Shown: one piece after another, positions 38,578-48,964 of the stretch
Layout: each line of letters starts with the position of its first letter
How positions within the stretch are numbered: the first letter of the stretch is position 1
From: Nitrospiraceae bacterium
GTDB lineage: Bacteria; Nitrospirota; Nitrospiria; Nitrospirales; Nitrospiraceae
Direction of reading: 5' to 3'
DNA: 64,000 bases
NCBI GenBank assembly: GCA_050246315.1
Contig: JBFWWG010000002.1
Location: forward strand, 428,811-492,810
The notes under the pieces: generated by a model
What the model saw: only the letters and a program-made list of their open reading frames with translations
What the model was told of the DNA's origin: nothing
The model's database searches: none
Made by a program: the position numbers and the translations under genes

Positions 38578-39491
38578 GGTTCCCCATGGACACCCCACAA
38601 GCCTCCCTGTCCGCACTCTGGAAAAACGCGGTTTGCCTCGTCCTCACGTTACGGAAACTCGGCATCAAGCGGACCGTCCGCCAGGACGTGCTCGCCATCG
38701 AGACCGACCGCGCCCTGGTCAAGGTGACCAAGGCGATCCTGGCCTGTCCTGAATACAAGGAAATCACGAAGCTGGATGCCCAGATCCGCAAGAAACTCTC
38801 CAGCTATACGCTGCCGTCTTCCCTCAGGCCGGGGATCTACCTCGTTCCCAATGCGCTCCTGGAAGAGGTCGATGAGCTCATCATGAACTTCAAAGAGAAA
38901 CGGGAGAGCCTGATCGACTATTTTGTGCAGGTCTACCCCAAGAGCAGAGAAGAAGCCCAACTCAAGCTGGCCGACCTCTACAACCCAGCGGATTACCCGG
39001 ACGTGGACACCGTCAAGGCGGGCTTTCTCTTCGAATGCCAATATCTGACGTTCGACCTTCCCGGAACCCTGAGTACCCTCAGCGAGCGGCTGCTGACGCG
39101 TGAGACCGAAAACGTCTCACAAAAAGTCACGCAGATGCTCGATGATGCCAAGACCACGCTGCGCGAGGCGATGGCCGAGCTGGTCGATCACCTGATGGAG
39201 CGACTCACGCCCAACGCCAATGGCAAGGCCAAGACCTTCAAGGCCGGCACGGTGACCAACCTGATGGACTTCTTGAACCGATTCGATGCGCGCAATCTCA
39301 GCCAGGATTTGGACTTACAGAAGCTCGTGAATCAGGCCGAGGGCCTCCTCTCCGGGATGGAACCGAGTCGCATCCGGAAGGACGAATCCGTGGCCACGGT
39401 CGTTCGCGAAGGGATGCGAGCGATCAAGTCCCAGCTGGATGAGCTACTGGTCGAGAAGCCGTCGCGCGTCTACGTGCTGGAGGATGAATAG
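38574..39491 (+). CDS. DUF3150-like protein
   Basis: GIYLVP, F...YP, LYNPADYP; all-helical; ATGA overlap with the upstream gene. Confidence 0.6.
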   Translation: MRFPMDTPQASLSALWKNAVCLVLTLRKLGIKRTVRQDVLAIETDRALVKVTKAILACPEYKEITKLDAQIRKKLSSYTLPSSLRPGIYLVPNALLEEVDELIMNFKEKRESLIDYFVQVYPKSREEAQLKLADLYNPADYPDVDTVKAGFLFECQYLTFDLPGTLSTLSERLLTRETENVSQKVTQMLDDAKTTLREAMAELVDHLMERLTPNANGKAKTFKAGTVTNLMDFLNRFDARNLSQDLDLQKLVNQAEGLLSGMEPSRIRKDESVATVVREGMRAIKSQLDELLVEKPSRVYVLEDE

Positions 39492-39589
39492 GAGCGAGAT
39501 GCCGCTTCCCATTCCGGCATCTTCGTCACAGTAATACCTTCTCTGCCGGCGTCTCCATCACATGATCACGCCAAGGATCACAACCCGTC

Positions 39590-40612
39590 ATGAAGCTCTC
39601 GCCCGACGACATCCGCCGCGCCCGTTCCGTCAACCTCATCGAGCTCCTGATCGGGCTGGGCCACAAGCCCGTGTCCCGCCGCCCAGACCATGCCCTCTTC
39701 CACTCTCCCTTGCGTGACGACCGCCACCCGTCGTTTTCTGTCTCCCGTGTCAATGGCGCCTGGGTCTGGTACGACTTTGGCCCGGGCACGCACGGCGATG
39801 GCATCGAGTTCATCCAACAGACATTCCACCTCACATTTCCCGAAGCGGTGTGCAAGCTGCTTGGGGACTCCATGGCCCCCACTCATGGGCCAAGCCGATC
39901 ACCGTACAACTCGGACCGGGAGCGGCGACGGCGTATCGACCTGGCCCGGCAGGCCTATCACACAGCCAAAGCCAGCATGACTCCCCAGAAAGAAAAAGAA
40001 CTTCGCCAGTATTTCCTCTCTCGCAAGGTCCCGTACTATCCCCAGCTCGGCGCGGTCTGGATCGCCCGCGGCGAGACCAACACTCCTTACATTGGATTTC
40101 CGCTTCCCGGCCCGAACGCCCATTTCATGCAGGGCTTGGAATGCCGCGCACTCCATGAGGTTCCGCACGAGCTCCTTCGGACCACGATCGGGATCAAATC
40201 TCCCTGGATCGTGAAGCGCAAGGACGCGGCAGTCCTCGTCACGGAGAGCATTCTGGACTGTTTAGCCGGAGATGCGCTGTTCGGCCCCACGTTCACGCTC
40301 TGTGCCCTGAATGGGATCGGCAACGTCGGCAAACTTCCAGAGTACCTGACGCGCCTCCATGCGAAGATCGTCTACCTCGCGCTGGATAATGACCCCGAGC
40401 CTGACAAGGGTCCGAAAGCCCAGCAGGAGGCGATCGCGCTGCTCACCGGACTTGGCCTGCACGTGGTGGAAGTCCGAGTCCACCATCAGGCAGGCGTGAA
40501 GGACCTCCACAAACTTCTGCTTCGGATTCCGACCCGCATCTCGCCATTCCGCCTCACCGAGAGCGGCCTTCACCACCGGGCCTCACCGCGCGGGTCATTC
40601 ACCTTCGCGTGA
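39590..40612 (+). CDS. DNA primase-like protein (degenerate CHC2 finger plus Toprim)
   Basis: SPLRDDRHPSFSV, WYDFG...GDGIEF, VTESILD, LALDND. Confidence 0.85.
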   Translation: MKLSPDDIRRARSVNLIELLIGLGHKPVSRRPDHALFHSPLRDDRHPSFSVSRVNGAWVWYDFGPGTHGDGIEFIQQTFHLTFPEAVCKLLGDSMAPTHGPSRSPYNSDRERRRRIDLARQAYHTAKASMTPQKEKELRQYFLSRKVPYYPQLGAVWIARGETNTPYIGFPLPGPNAHFMQGLECRALHEVPHELLRTTIGIKSPWIVKRKDAAVLVTESILDCLAGDALFGPTFTLCALNGIGNVGKLPEYLTRLHAKIVYLALDNDPEPDKGPKAQQEAIALLTGLGLHVVEVRVHHQAGVKDLHKLLLRIPTRISPFRLTESGLHHRASPRGSFTFA

Positions 40613-42774
40613 CAGCACCAGATCGCTCAAGCCTGATCTTGCAAGGAGACTCCATGGACACGCGCCAGGTTCCGATCACGGCGTTTATCGAGACCTTCAG
40701 CGCGAGCCTCTGTGAATCCGCCGCCTCGCAGCTCAGGCCCATCTTCAGACCAGAGCACCGGATCCAGGCCCAGCCCATCTTGAATCGACTCAAGGAACCG
40801 CTCTGGCCTCCGCAAGCGGATGTCGCCGCGGCAACCGCCCTGGTGCTGCAACAGCATCGCGGCGCGCTCATCGTCGGAGAAATGGCGACGGGGAAGACCC
40901 GCACCTCGGTGGGGGCCTGTCTCATCCATGGCTCCCGACGCGTGCTGGTCATGGTACCGCCCCATCTCCTCCGCAAGTGGGAGCGAGAGATTAAACGCGT
41001 GCTGCCGGATGCTGCGGTCCATCAGCTGAAATCCCTCAGCAGCATTGATCTCGTCGCCCGGGCTCCCCTCCTCAACAATCGTCCCCTCTTTGCGATCATC
41101 TCTCGCGAAAAGGCCAAGCTTTCGTACGCCACGAAACCAGCCCTGGTGCTGCGACGCTGGAAAAACGAGCACGGACTCCTCGACCGCTTCTGCTGTCCCC
41201 ACTGCGGTGCAGAGGTTCGGGACGCCGACGACACGCCGCTGACGCCTAAGACCCTACCGGCTAAATCCACATGTCGCGCCTGTCGCTCTCCCCTGTACGA
41301 CTTCGATCCGAACGGGCCACGCCGGTACTCCCTGGCCGATTACATCTGCAAGAAGCACCCGACCTTGTTTGATACGTTGGTCGTGGATGAAGTCCATGAA
41401 CTGAAGGGCAAAGCCACCGCGCAGGGTATCGCCTTTGCGAACCTCATGAAGGTCACGGACCGCGTCATCGCATTGACGGGAACCCTGTCGAACGGACGCA
41501 GCACGTCGCTCTTCTATCTGCTGTGGCGTCTGATTCCCGGCCTCAAGTCGGCGTATCGTTTCCACGACGAATCCCGTTGGGTCGATGTCTATGGCGTCCG
41601 TGAGACCCGCACCACCTCCATTGATGTGGACCAGGTCGTCGAGCAGGGGACCCAGTCGAAACGGAAAGTCTACGTCACCATCCTGGAACGGCCGGGTATC
41701 TCGCCCAGGCTGATCCCTCAACTGGTCGATAAGGCCTGTTTCCTCCGGATGGAGGACCTGGACATCGCGCTCCCTCCCTATGAAGAGCATGTCGAGACCT
41801 GCCAACTCGAAGGCCAACTCAAGGAGCAGTACGAGCAGCTCCTCAAAGCGGCCAAGCCGTTGATCCGGGAGGCCAGGAAATCCCGTGACGGGCACTTGCT
41901 GTCCACGGTCGTTCAGGCGCTGGTGGCCTATCCAGACCGCTGCACCAACGAGGAACGGATCACCAATAAATTCGGAGAGGTCAAGCTTGCCCTTCCCCCG
42001 TTACCCGAGCTTGTCCGTTATCCGAAGGAACGGTTGCTCCTTCAACAGGTGGAGGACAACCTGAACCGGCATCGTCGGGTCCTCGTGTACTGCACCCACA
42101 CCGGGACGCGCGACATCACGCCGCGCCTTCATCTCATCCTGAAACAAGCCGGGTTCCGCACAGCCGTGCTCACGGCTTCCGTGCAAGCCGAGCGGAGGGA
42201 GGAATGGATTGAAGACCGGGTGAAGGCTGGCCTCGACGTACTGATCTGCAATCCCCGTCTCGTGCAAACCGGGCTCGATCTCCTGGATTTTCCCAGCCTG
42301 CGATTCTTCGAATCCGATTACAACATCCTGACGGTCCGGCAAGCCGCTCGCCGCTCCTGGCGACCGGGACAACAGCACCCGGTGGACGTGCGACCGCTCA
42401 TGTATGCCGGTACGGCTCAGGAACGGGCCTGGTCCCTGATCGCCAGCGGGATCAAGGCAAGCCTCTACACCGAGGGGGACATCACCAGCCAGGCGATGGC
42501 GGCATTCAATCAAGAGGACGACATCACTATTGGGCTGATTCGATTCATTCTCGACCAGAATCCTGAGCTCATGAGCGCGGAAAAAGCCTTCCGCGACCTC
42601 GCTCGGGCCTATAAGGACCAACGGGAAGTCATCGGCGCGTCACCCGCTCAGTCTCCATTCCATCACGTGGCCACAGCGCCGGCAGGGGAACAAGCGGTCA
42701 TCATCGCGACGACCGAGCCGGCTCCCGCGAAACTCCCGGATCTCTCCACGCAACTCGCTCTTTTCGCCGCCTGA
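40609..42774 (+). CDS. SF2 (SNF2-like) helicase with Zn-finger insert
   Basis: EMATGKT, CPHC/CRAC, VVDEVH, LTGT, VQTGLDL, QAARRSWRPGQ. Confidence 0.9.
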   Translation: MTAPDRSSLILQGDSMDTRQVPITAFIETFSASLCESAASQLRPIFRPEHRIQAQPILNRLKEPLWPPQADVAAATALVLQQHRGALIVGEMATGKTRTSVGACLIHGSRRVLVMVPPHLLRKWEREIKRVLPDAAVHQLKSLSSIDLVARAPLLNNRPLFAIISREKAKLSYATKPALVLRRWKNEHGLLDRFCCPHCGAEVRDADDTPLTPKTLPAKSTCRACRSPLYDFDPNGPRRYSLADYICKKHPTLFDTLVVDEVHELKGKATAQGIAFANLMKVTDRVIALTGTLSNGRSTSLFYLLWRLIPGLKSAYRFHDESRWVDVYGVRETRTTSIDVDQVVEQGTQSKRKVYVTILERPGISPRLIPQLVDKACFLRMEDLDIALPPYEEHVETCQLEGQLKEQYEQLLKAAKPLIREARKSRDGHLLSTVVQALVAYPDRCTNEERITNKFGEVKLALPPLPELVRYPKERLLLQQVEDNLNRHRRVLVYCTHTGTRDITPRLHLILKQAGFRTAVLTASVQAERREEWIEDRVKAGLDVLICNPRLVQTGLDLLDFPSLRFFESDYNILTVRQAARRSWRPGQQHPVDVRPLMYAGTAQERAWSLIASGIKASLYTEGDITSQAMAAFNQEDDITIGLIRFILDQNPELMSAEKAFRDLARAYKDQREVIGASPAQSPFHHVATAPAGEQAVIIATTEPAPAKLPDLSTQLALFAA

Positions 42775-42815
42775 CCCATTTCATCTTCATCCTGTGGCTC
42801 ATCCGTGAGGCCAAC

Positions 42816-43409
42816 ATGACGCACGACCCTTCGAGTACGGTGGATGACGAACCAAAGATGCTCCGCGTCAACGGGTTCGACGCATTGATCGAATCCTATG
42901 CCTACCAGGACCTGCAGTCTTGTCTGTCACTGCGAGTCCTCTCATTGGTCGCTCGAGAGTCGAGCATGCGAGCGATTCGTGCCAACATGAGTCTCGGCCA
43001 TCAGGTCGACATCGACGGGGTCGGCTCGCTGTCCTGGCCCAGGCCCTCCGACCTGGAGATCCAGTCCTTTCACCGGCGGCTCCCTTCAGGACTCATCTCT
43101 TCCCTCTGGTTGCCCAAAAGGGCTACGGCCTACGGGATTGAGCCCAACAAGCCCGCGTACCTCATTGCCCCTGGTGGCACTGTCCCCGCGACCCCGTCCG
43201 GCTTCATCCCACTGCTCGACCGGCTACTGCCATTTCCGATTCTCGCTCCCTGGGCCGAGGCCCTGTGGCAATTCGGACTGGAGGCAGGATGGATCAGTCG
43301 CCTGAACGGACATAGGCTGCAGGCCTGGGAAGTCCATCCTCCGCGGACCGCCGTGCAGGAGTTCATCACAACCCAACTGCAAGCCCGCGCGCTACCCGTT
43401 CCCGTCTGA
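42816..43409 (+). CDS. Hypothetical protein
   Basis: GAGG RBS; PFPILAPWAEALW; between helicase and methyltransferase. Confidence 0.65.
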   Translation: MTHDPSSTVDDEPKMLRVNGFDALIESYAYQDLQSCLSLRVLSLVARESSMRAIRANMSLGHQVDIDGVGSLSWPRPSDLEIQSFHRRLPSGLISSLWLPKRATAYGIEPNKPAYLIAPGGTVPATPSGFIPLLDRLLPFPILAPWAEALWQFGLEAGWISRLNGHRLQAWEVHPPRTAVQEFITTQLQARALPVPV

Positions 43410-43457
43410 ACTGAGCGGGGGAACCATCGTCCACCATTCACACGAGCGCCACACACC

Positions 43458-44543
43458 ATGAGAACGATCGCACGAGCGAAGGCGGGATTTTATCCGACAC
43501 CGGACCCAGTCACCCGGGCCATCTCCAAGCTGATCCAGAACCCCTCTCGCCATCCCGGCCGGCTCTGCGATCCCTGTTGCGGACTCGGGCAACCGGCCTC
43601 CACCCTCGCCCAGTCGCTGGGGCTGCTCAGCTTCGGGATCGAACTGGAGAGATCCCGATTCCAGGCCTCAAAGCTCCTCCTCACTGACACGCTCCGCTCC
43701 GACGCCTTCGCCACCACCATCCAGAAGCAGAGCATGTCCCTCGTCTTCCTCAATCCTCCGTATGACGATGCCGGAAAACGCCAGCGCAGCGAACCCGCGT
43801 GGCTCCGGCTGCTCAGCCCGGCCCTGCAATCCGGAGGAGTGCTCGTCTTCATCCTTCCCGAGCCACGGGTGACGAAGGAGATCCGCCGCTATCTGGCCAC
43901 CCATTTTCGACAGGTCGCGTTCTTCCGGTTTCCTCATCCGGAGTACCTCTCCTTTCGCCAGGTCGTCATCTTCGGGATGAAGACCGCCTCGCCTTTACAG
44001 GATCGCAGACGCATCGATGCACTGGCGGCAGAGGTGATTGACTACCAGTCCCTCGAGGGCGACCTCACCCCACTCTATGCCATCCCTCCTCAAGTGGTTG
44101 CTGGACCGATCGAGTTTCGCAGTCACTGGGTCTCTCCAGAAGACCAGCTCGCCGAGGCCTCGGCGTACGGAATCTGGCAAGACCCCCGCATCCACGATGG
44201 GCTCCACTTCCCCGTCACTGGCCCCTGCATTCCCCTCATGCCGCTCAGAAAAGGGCATCTCGCGAGAATGATCGCGGCGGGCATGCTGAACAACCAGACG
44301 ATCGCGACCGGGCCCACTTGCTGGATCATCAAAGGCTTCACCGATAAGACCACCAGGCAACTGCCGCCTGAGCAGGAAGAATACGAGACCCAGAAGGGAC
44401 GCGAGACCCGCACCGTGACGCGCGTGATCGAAATGTTCGTGCCGCAGATCCAGGCCTGGGACATCACCGAAGGATCCACCTACGGCCAGCACATCATCGT
44501 CAATTGCAGCGATCATCGCGGAGAAGCGCCCGAGACACCATGA
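43458..44543 (+). CDS. DUF6094-like amino-methyltransferase
   Basis: GFYPTP, DPCCGLG (motif I), FLNPPY (motif IV), PLMPLRKGH. Confidence 0.85.
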   Translation: MRTIARAKAGFYPTPDPVTRAISKLIQNPSRHPGRLCDPCCGLGQPASTLAQSLGLLSFGIELERSRFQASKLLLTDTLRSDAFATTIQKQSMSLVFLNPPYDDAGKRQRSEPAWLRLLSPALQSGGVLVFILPEPRVTKEIRRYLATHFRQVAFFRFPHPEYLSFRQVVIFGMKTASPLQDRRRIDALAAEVIDYQSLEGDLTPLYAIPPQVVAGPIEFRSHWVSPEDQLAEASAYGIWQDPRIHDGLHFPVTGPCIPLMPLRKGHLARMIAAGMLNNQTIATGPTCWIIKGFTDKTTRQLPPEQEEYETQKGRETRTVTRVIEMFVPQIQAWDITEGSTYGQHIIVNCSDHRGEAPETP

Positions 44544-45322
44544 TCCCCAGCAACGACCCATTCACCAGCCAGAACTGCCAGACGCCCAGTCCCCTGACAC
44601 GAACCCGCAAGCGCGCACTCAAATCGGAGCGATCCTGCAAGGATTGCTGCAGACCCTTCCTGGGCACCGAGACGGCCCAGTATGGCCCCTGTTGCCGATG
44701 GAAGCATCGAGGGCCGACGGCGAAGAAATATGTCTGGACAGCAGAGCGAGAGCAGATACTTCGTGATCGGTACGATGGCACCATCAAAGGGCGCGCCGCC
44801 CAGATCGCCGCCATGCTCGGATGGCCGACCTGGGTGATCAAACGCCGCGCCGCCGAGCTCGGACTCACGTATCACGTCGATTCGCAGCCGTGGACCAAAG
44901 AAGAAGTGGCTTTTCTCCTGGAACACGTGGGCAGCCGCCTCCTGCCCTGGATCGCCAGGAAGCTGCAGCGATCGGTCACGTCCGTCAAAATGAAATGCCG
45001 CCACATGGAGCTGAGCCTGCGGTACCGAGAGGGTTATACGCTGCGCGAGCTTGAGCTCTGTTTCGGCTGCGATCATCGGGTGATCGAAGGATAGGTTCGC
45101 GAGGAGAAACTCCACACCCGCCGACGCGGCACCGACCGAGCCCACGACGCATGGTACGTGACCGATGCGGATCTGCTCCGGTTCATCACCGAGCATCCCC
45201 TGGCCTTCCAGCTGCGCAAAGTGGACCAGTTCTGGTTCATGGATCTCGTCACCAACGGCGGCCTTGTCCGAAAAGCCTTGCAGACTGCCTCACAGGATGA
45301 TGCTGATCATAGAGCCGCCTGA
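44540..45322 (+). pseudogene. Multi-HTH DNA-binding protein interrupted by an in-frame TAG
   Basis: Two WT..E..L Myb-like repeats; frame continues past TAG 45092-45094 (IEG*VREEKL...WYVTDADLLRFI) to TGA at 45322. Confidence 0.7.
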
Positions 45323-45391
45323 CCTCTCGATTGCTTCGCGTGACGATTCCAAAATATCAATCACGTTCTCTCCAGCTACGTGGAGGTTGTC

Positions 45392-46525
45392 ATGAAGTTC
45401 ACGTGCACCCGCGGCATCCTGCTGGGCGCCATCCGGAATCTGCTCAGCCTCACCTCGACTAGGTCCACGCTCCCCATCCTTGCCAATGCCCTCCTGGAGA
45501 CCACGCCCACGGGCCTCAAGGTCTTGAGCACCGACCTCGAAACCGGATTCCAAGGCACCTACGACGCCAGCATCCAGAAACCCGGACGCGTCACCGTCAA
45601 CGCTCGTGCCCTCTGCGATGTGCTCAAGGAACTCGATCCCGAGCATCCCATCACCTGGCAGGCTGACGACAAACACGTGATCAGGCTCGTGTCCGGGAAC
45701 AGCCGCTTCACGCTCCACGGCCTGCCCGCGGATGACTATCCCCAGCTCCCTGCGTTTGATGAGCCCGCTCAGGTCAGCATCCCCAGCACCGATCTCCTCA
45801 CATGCCTGCAGCAGGTCCTTCCCGCTGTTCCCGATCAGGACCAACGGTTCGTCCTGCAGTCCGTGCTCGTCACCATCGGTACACAGCCTGCACAGGAATC
45901 ACCGGCGATCGAACTCGTCGGAACCGACGGGCACCGTTTGGCCATCGCTCAATCACTCGCCGGCAGGTGGATGACCTCCACGCCCCAGCAGCTCAGCGCC
46001 CTCATTCCCAAGAAAGCCGCTCAGTTGCTCGCCACGCTGCTCGCTCAGGAAAATGCGCTGGATGTTCCCATCGCCGTCTCCAAGAAACTCTTTTGCGTGA
46101 CCGTCAAGAACGTCATCCTGACGAGCCGCCTAGTCGAAGGGACTTATCCCAACTACCAGCAAGTGATCCCGATCGTGAACGGTGCGCGTATGGAGATCGG
46201 CCGCGAAATCTTCGAAGAGGCGCTCCACCGAGTGGCTGTGGTGTCCCGCGACCATACCCAAGCCGTGCGTCTGGCTCTGACGCCTGACACCCTTACGATC
46301 CATGCCCAGAATGCGGACGTCGGGGAAGGAACTGAAAGTATCCCGGCTGTCGTCGCCGACAAGGAATTCAAGGCTGGCTTCAACGCCCGCTATCTGCTGG
46401 ACGCGCTTCGGACCTGTCCAGGCGAGCGCCTTCAACTGCATATGAAGGAACCGCTCAGTCCTTGTGTCCTCGTGTGCCCTGGCAGGCAGACTGGCTGGAA
46501 GCACGTGATCATGCCGGTCCGCTAG
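45392..46525 (+). CDS. dnaN: DNA polymerase III beta sliding clamp
   Basis: TLPILAN, STDLE, VGTDGHRLA, SRLVEGTYPNY, FNARYLLD, VIMPVR. Confidence 0.95.
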   Translation: MKFTCTRGILLGAIRNLLSLTSTRSTLPILANALLETTPTGLKVLSTDLETGFQGTYDASIQKPGRVTVNARALCDVLKELDPEHPITWQADDKHVIRLVSGNSRFTLHGLPADDYPQLPAFDEPAQVSIPSTDLLTCLQQVLPAVPDQDQRFVLQSVLVTIGTQPAQESPAIELVGTDGHRLAIAQSLAGRWMTSTPQQLSALIPKKAAQLLATLLAQENALDVPIAVSKKLFCVTVKNVILTSRLVEGTYPNYQQVIPIVNGARMEIGREIFEEALHRVAVVSRDHTQAVRLALTPDTLTIHAQNADVGEGTESIPAVVADKEFKAGFNARYLLDALRTCPGERLQLHMKEPLSPCVLVCPGRQTGWKHVIMPVR

Positions 46526-46537
46526 GTGGAGGCTGCG

Positions 46538-46789
46538 ATGCCCAGCACCCCTCCTTCAACAATACCGGTCAGTTGGGGGTGGACCTCCTACCGACGCACC
46601 CGGTGGATCAATCAACAGGGACAGAGACTATACAGGGTCTGCCTCCAAAGCATCGAGGGTCAGAGACGGTACACCAGGTTCACGCTTCATGTCTGGGCTC
46701 GCCGCCCCGTCTATGCCCTACGGACATTGTGTAATGAGAAGAAAAGCGAGGAGGAACTTCTCCGGTACGACTGGGCGTCCCTTGATTAG
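46538..46789 (+). CDS. Hypothetical protein
   Basis: GGAGG RBS immediately after dnaN. Confidence 0.5.
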   Translation: MPSTPPSTIPVSWGWTSYRRTRWINQQGQRLYRVCLQSIEGQRRYTRFTLHVWARRPVYALRTLCNEKKSEEELLRYDWASLD

Positions 46790-46950
46790 TCCTCTAACAG
46801 AATGTCACACCAGGTCTCCCCTGATCTCTGCTCCGTCCTTCCTAAATGGCACCCATCCAACCCGAGTACCTGATTTTGACGGTCCTCCAGTTCAATGTCC
46901 GGACAGAAATAGGTTGAAGAGGGGCACAAACCACCACGCGAGGTGCTCTC

Positions 46951-47175
46951 ATGAAACGGTTCCATGTCGTCGGGCTATTTCACCAAGCGCTGGCCAAGCA
47001 TGCGAAGCAACTGGCAGACGTGGAGGCCAACAAACTTTCTACCGCCCTGCGCCTGGCTGTCGCCCAAATGGAAAAACGAGAAGGGATTAGGAAGGTCAAA
47101 CACAAAGTCGTTCGATTCACCGTCATCATCAGCAACAAGCACGCTCCGGAAAACCCGCCCCTTCCGAATCTATAA
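46951..47175 (+). CDS. Small basic hypothetical protein
   Basis: GAGGT RBS, 74 aa. Confidence 0.45.
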   Translation: MKRFHVVGLFHQALAKHAKQLADVEANKLSTALRLAVAQMEKREGIRKVKHKVVRFTVIISNKHAPENPPLPNL

Positions 47176-47360
47176 AAACTCTCATTCTAGGACTGACACA
47201 CACGTGTTCACGTCCTTTCATCGGTGCGAGTACTTCGATCCTCCAGAATCCTGTTTCCGCAAGTCAGTAATACAGAGGAGAGACATGTGCGTACATCCGG
47301 GGAAGAGATGGGGTCAACGGAGCTAACGGATTCGTCCTGACTTCTTATCTGAGGCTCGTC

Positions 47361-47654
47361 ATGACTGAAGATTTCGCCCACGTCATCCTAGCTCGCCTGG
47401 AGCAAATCCAAGCCGATCTCGCGTCTCTTCGCGCGGTCCGGACTGGAACGAGCGATGTAATGGATTTTCAGGAGGCTTTCAAATACCTAAAGATAAAGCC
47501 TGGAACTCTCCGCGACTGGATTCGATTGCGTCGCATTCCCTTTCATCGCGCTGGCCGTCGTATCCTCTTCAGGGCCCGAGAACTCGACGCCTGGCTGGAG
47601 GCACGGAAGATCGCGCATAGATTGTCGAAACGCGAGCTGCGAGCCGCTTCATAG
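47361..47654 (+). CDS. Excisionase-like HTH (HTH_17/MerR-type)
   Basis: MDFQEAFKYLKIKPGTLRDW...IPFHRAGRRILF....LDAWL. Confidence 0.85.
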   Translation: MTEDFAHVILARLEQIQADLASLRAVRTGTSDVMDFQEAFKYLKIKPGTLRDWIRLRRIPFHRAGRRILFRARELDAWLEARKIAHRLSKRELRAAS

Positions 47655-47700
47655 TCTTTGCACTTTTACCGTTCAAAGCTTAGACTTCCGGGAAATCCTG

Positions 47701-48936
47701 GTGATACCGCCTATGGCACGTCTGCAAAAACAGCGTGGTATTTGGACGCTCGAATTTAAATGCCTCCCAGGATGCCCAAACCATCCTTCTGGCGGTCTCC
47801 GCCACCACCATTCCCTCAGAACACGTGATGCCAGCCTTGCAGAGGAACTTTTCAAAGACTTCAAGCGAAAGCAGGAGGAAGATCGAGCGCGTCTAACCTT
47901 GCGGCTCCCGGTCGCCCATCCCGACGCAAAGCGGACGATCAGTGTCGCAACGCAGGAATACTTCCGTACAATGGCTGTAGAAAAGAGTCCGGCAACGATC
48001 AAGCGCGTCGAACGCCCTGCGACGACGCATCTGATCAAGCTACTTGGTGACATTCCGATTCATACGGTCGATGCAACCAAGATAGGTAATTACCGTGCCA
48101 GGTTTCTTGAGAACCATGCCCCAGCCACGTGGAATAGTCGGCGGGCCACTCTTAGAGCCATGTGGAATTGGTTCCTGAGACGCGGGTGGGTCGATGAGAA
48201 TCCTTTCGTCGAAGTGGGCGAGGTGCCGGACTTCGAGGATACACACCGGCTCCAGCCTGTGGCGCAGACCCGCTTGGCTGATGTGCTTTCAGCCCTGCCC
48301 GACCGAGGCTGGCAGCTTGTAGCCCTTTTCCTTTATCAGTCTCTCTGCCGAATCGATGAGCTTTGCAATCTCCGCAGAGATGACGTTCTCCGCGAGGAGG
48401 GCGTGATCCGATTTCGAAGGCCGAAGGAGCGGAAGAACAAGCGCATCAGGTACAAATACGTCGCCTTGACACCAGAACTTCTGGACATCATCAACGAGGC
48501 TGAGTCTCGGTGTGCGAGCGAATACGTTTTCTCACGAATTGAACGAGAAGGCCGCGCATTAAAGCGTCGCAAGGTTCACCACGTGCTCTTTAAAGCCGGG
48601 AAGCGGGTCGGCCTTGTAGTGTCCCCACACAGATTACGAAAATCAGGGGGTACTCACGCGCTCCAAAGAGGGAGCGCAAGTCTAAAGACCGTTCAAGAGA
48701 TCATGGGACACAGCGATATCCGCACGACTGCTCGTTATTTGCGTCCAGACTTAGAGGAGCAGCGAATCGCTCTCTCTGGTCTGAATATTTCACGACTCAA
48801 GAACGTTCCGAACACAGTGTTTCAGCAAGAAGCCAGGCAACTGGTCCAGAAGGCGCAGGCCGCTAGAAAGCAGAAAGCCGCCGCCGGCCGTCGTCATTTT
48901 ACACACGCCGACAAAGATGAGAACACAAGCCCTTGA
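47701..48936 (+). CDS. Tyrosine recombinase/integrase
   Basis: CRIDE (Arg), HRLR, MGHSD, TTARY catalytic motifs; adjacent to the tRNA fragment. Confidence 0.93.
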   Translation: MIPPMARLQKQRGIWTLEFKCLPGCPNHPSGGLRHHHSLRTRDASLAEELFKDFKRKQEEDRARLTLRLPVAHPDAKRTISVATQEYFRTMAVEKSPATIKRVERPATTHLIKLLGDIPIHTVDATKIGNYRARFLENHAPATWNSRRATLRAMWNWFLRRGWVDENPFVEVGEVPDFEDTHRLQPVAQTRLADVLSALPDRGWQLVALFLYQSLCRIDELCNLRRDDVLREEGVIRFRRPKERKNKRIRYKYVALTPELLDIINEAESRCASEYVFSRIEREGRALKRRKVHHVLFKAGKRVGLVVSPHRLRKSGGTHALQRGSASLKTVQEIMGHSDIRTTARYLRPDLEEQRIALSGLNISRLKNVPNTVFQQEARQLVQKAQAARKQKAAAGRRHFTHADKDENTSP

Positions 48937-48964
48937 CACTAGGTCTTCTTTTCTTCACAACACT

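Noticed and set aside
39497..39522. AGATGCCG/CGGCATCT hairpin as terminator
   Set aside because: Stem is present but lacks a convincing U-tract
45092..45094. Amber reassignment or pyrrolysine
   Set aside because: TAG is an ordinary stop for traK, the AAA gene and dnaN; no pyl genes seen
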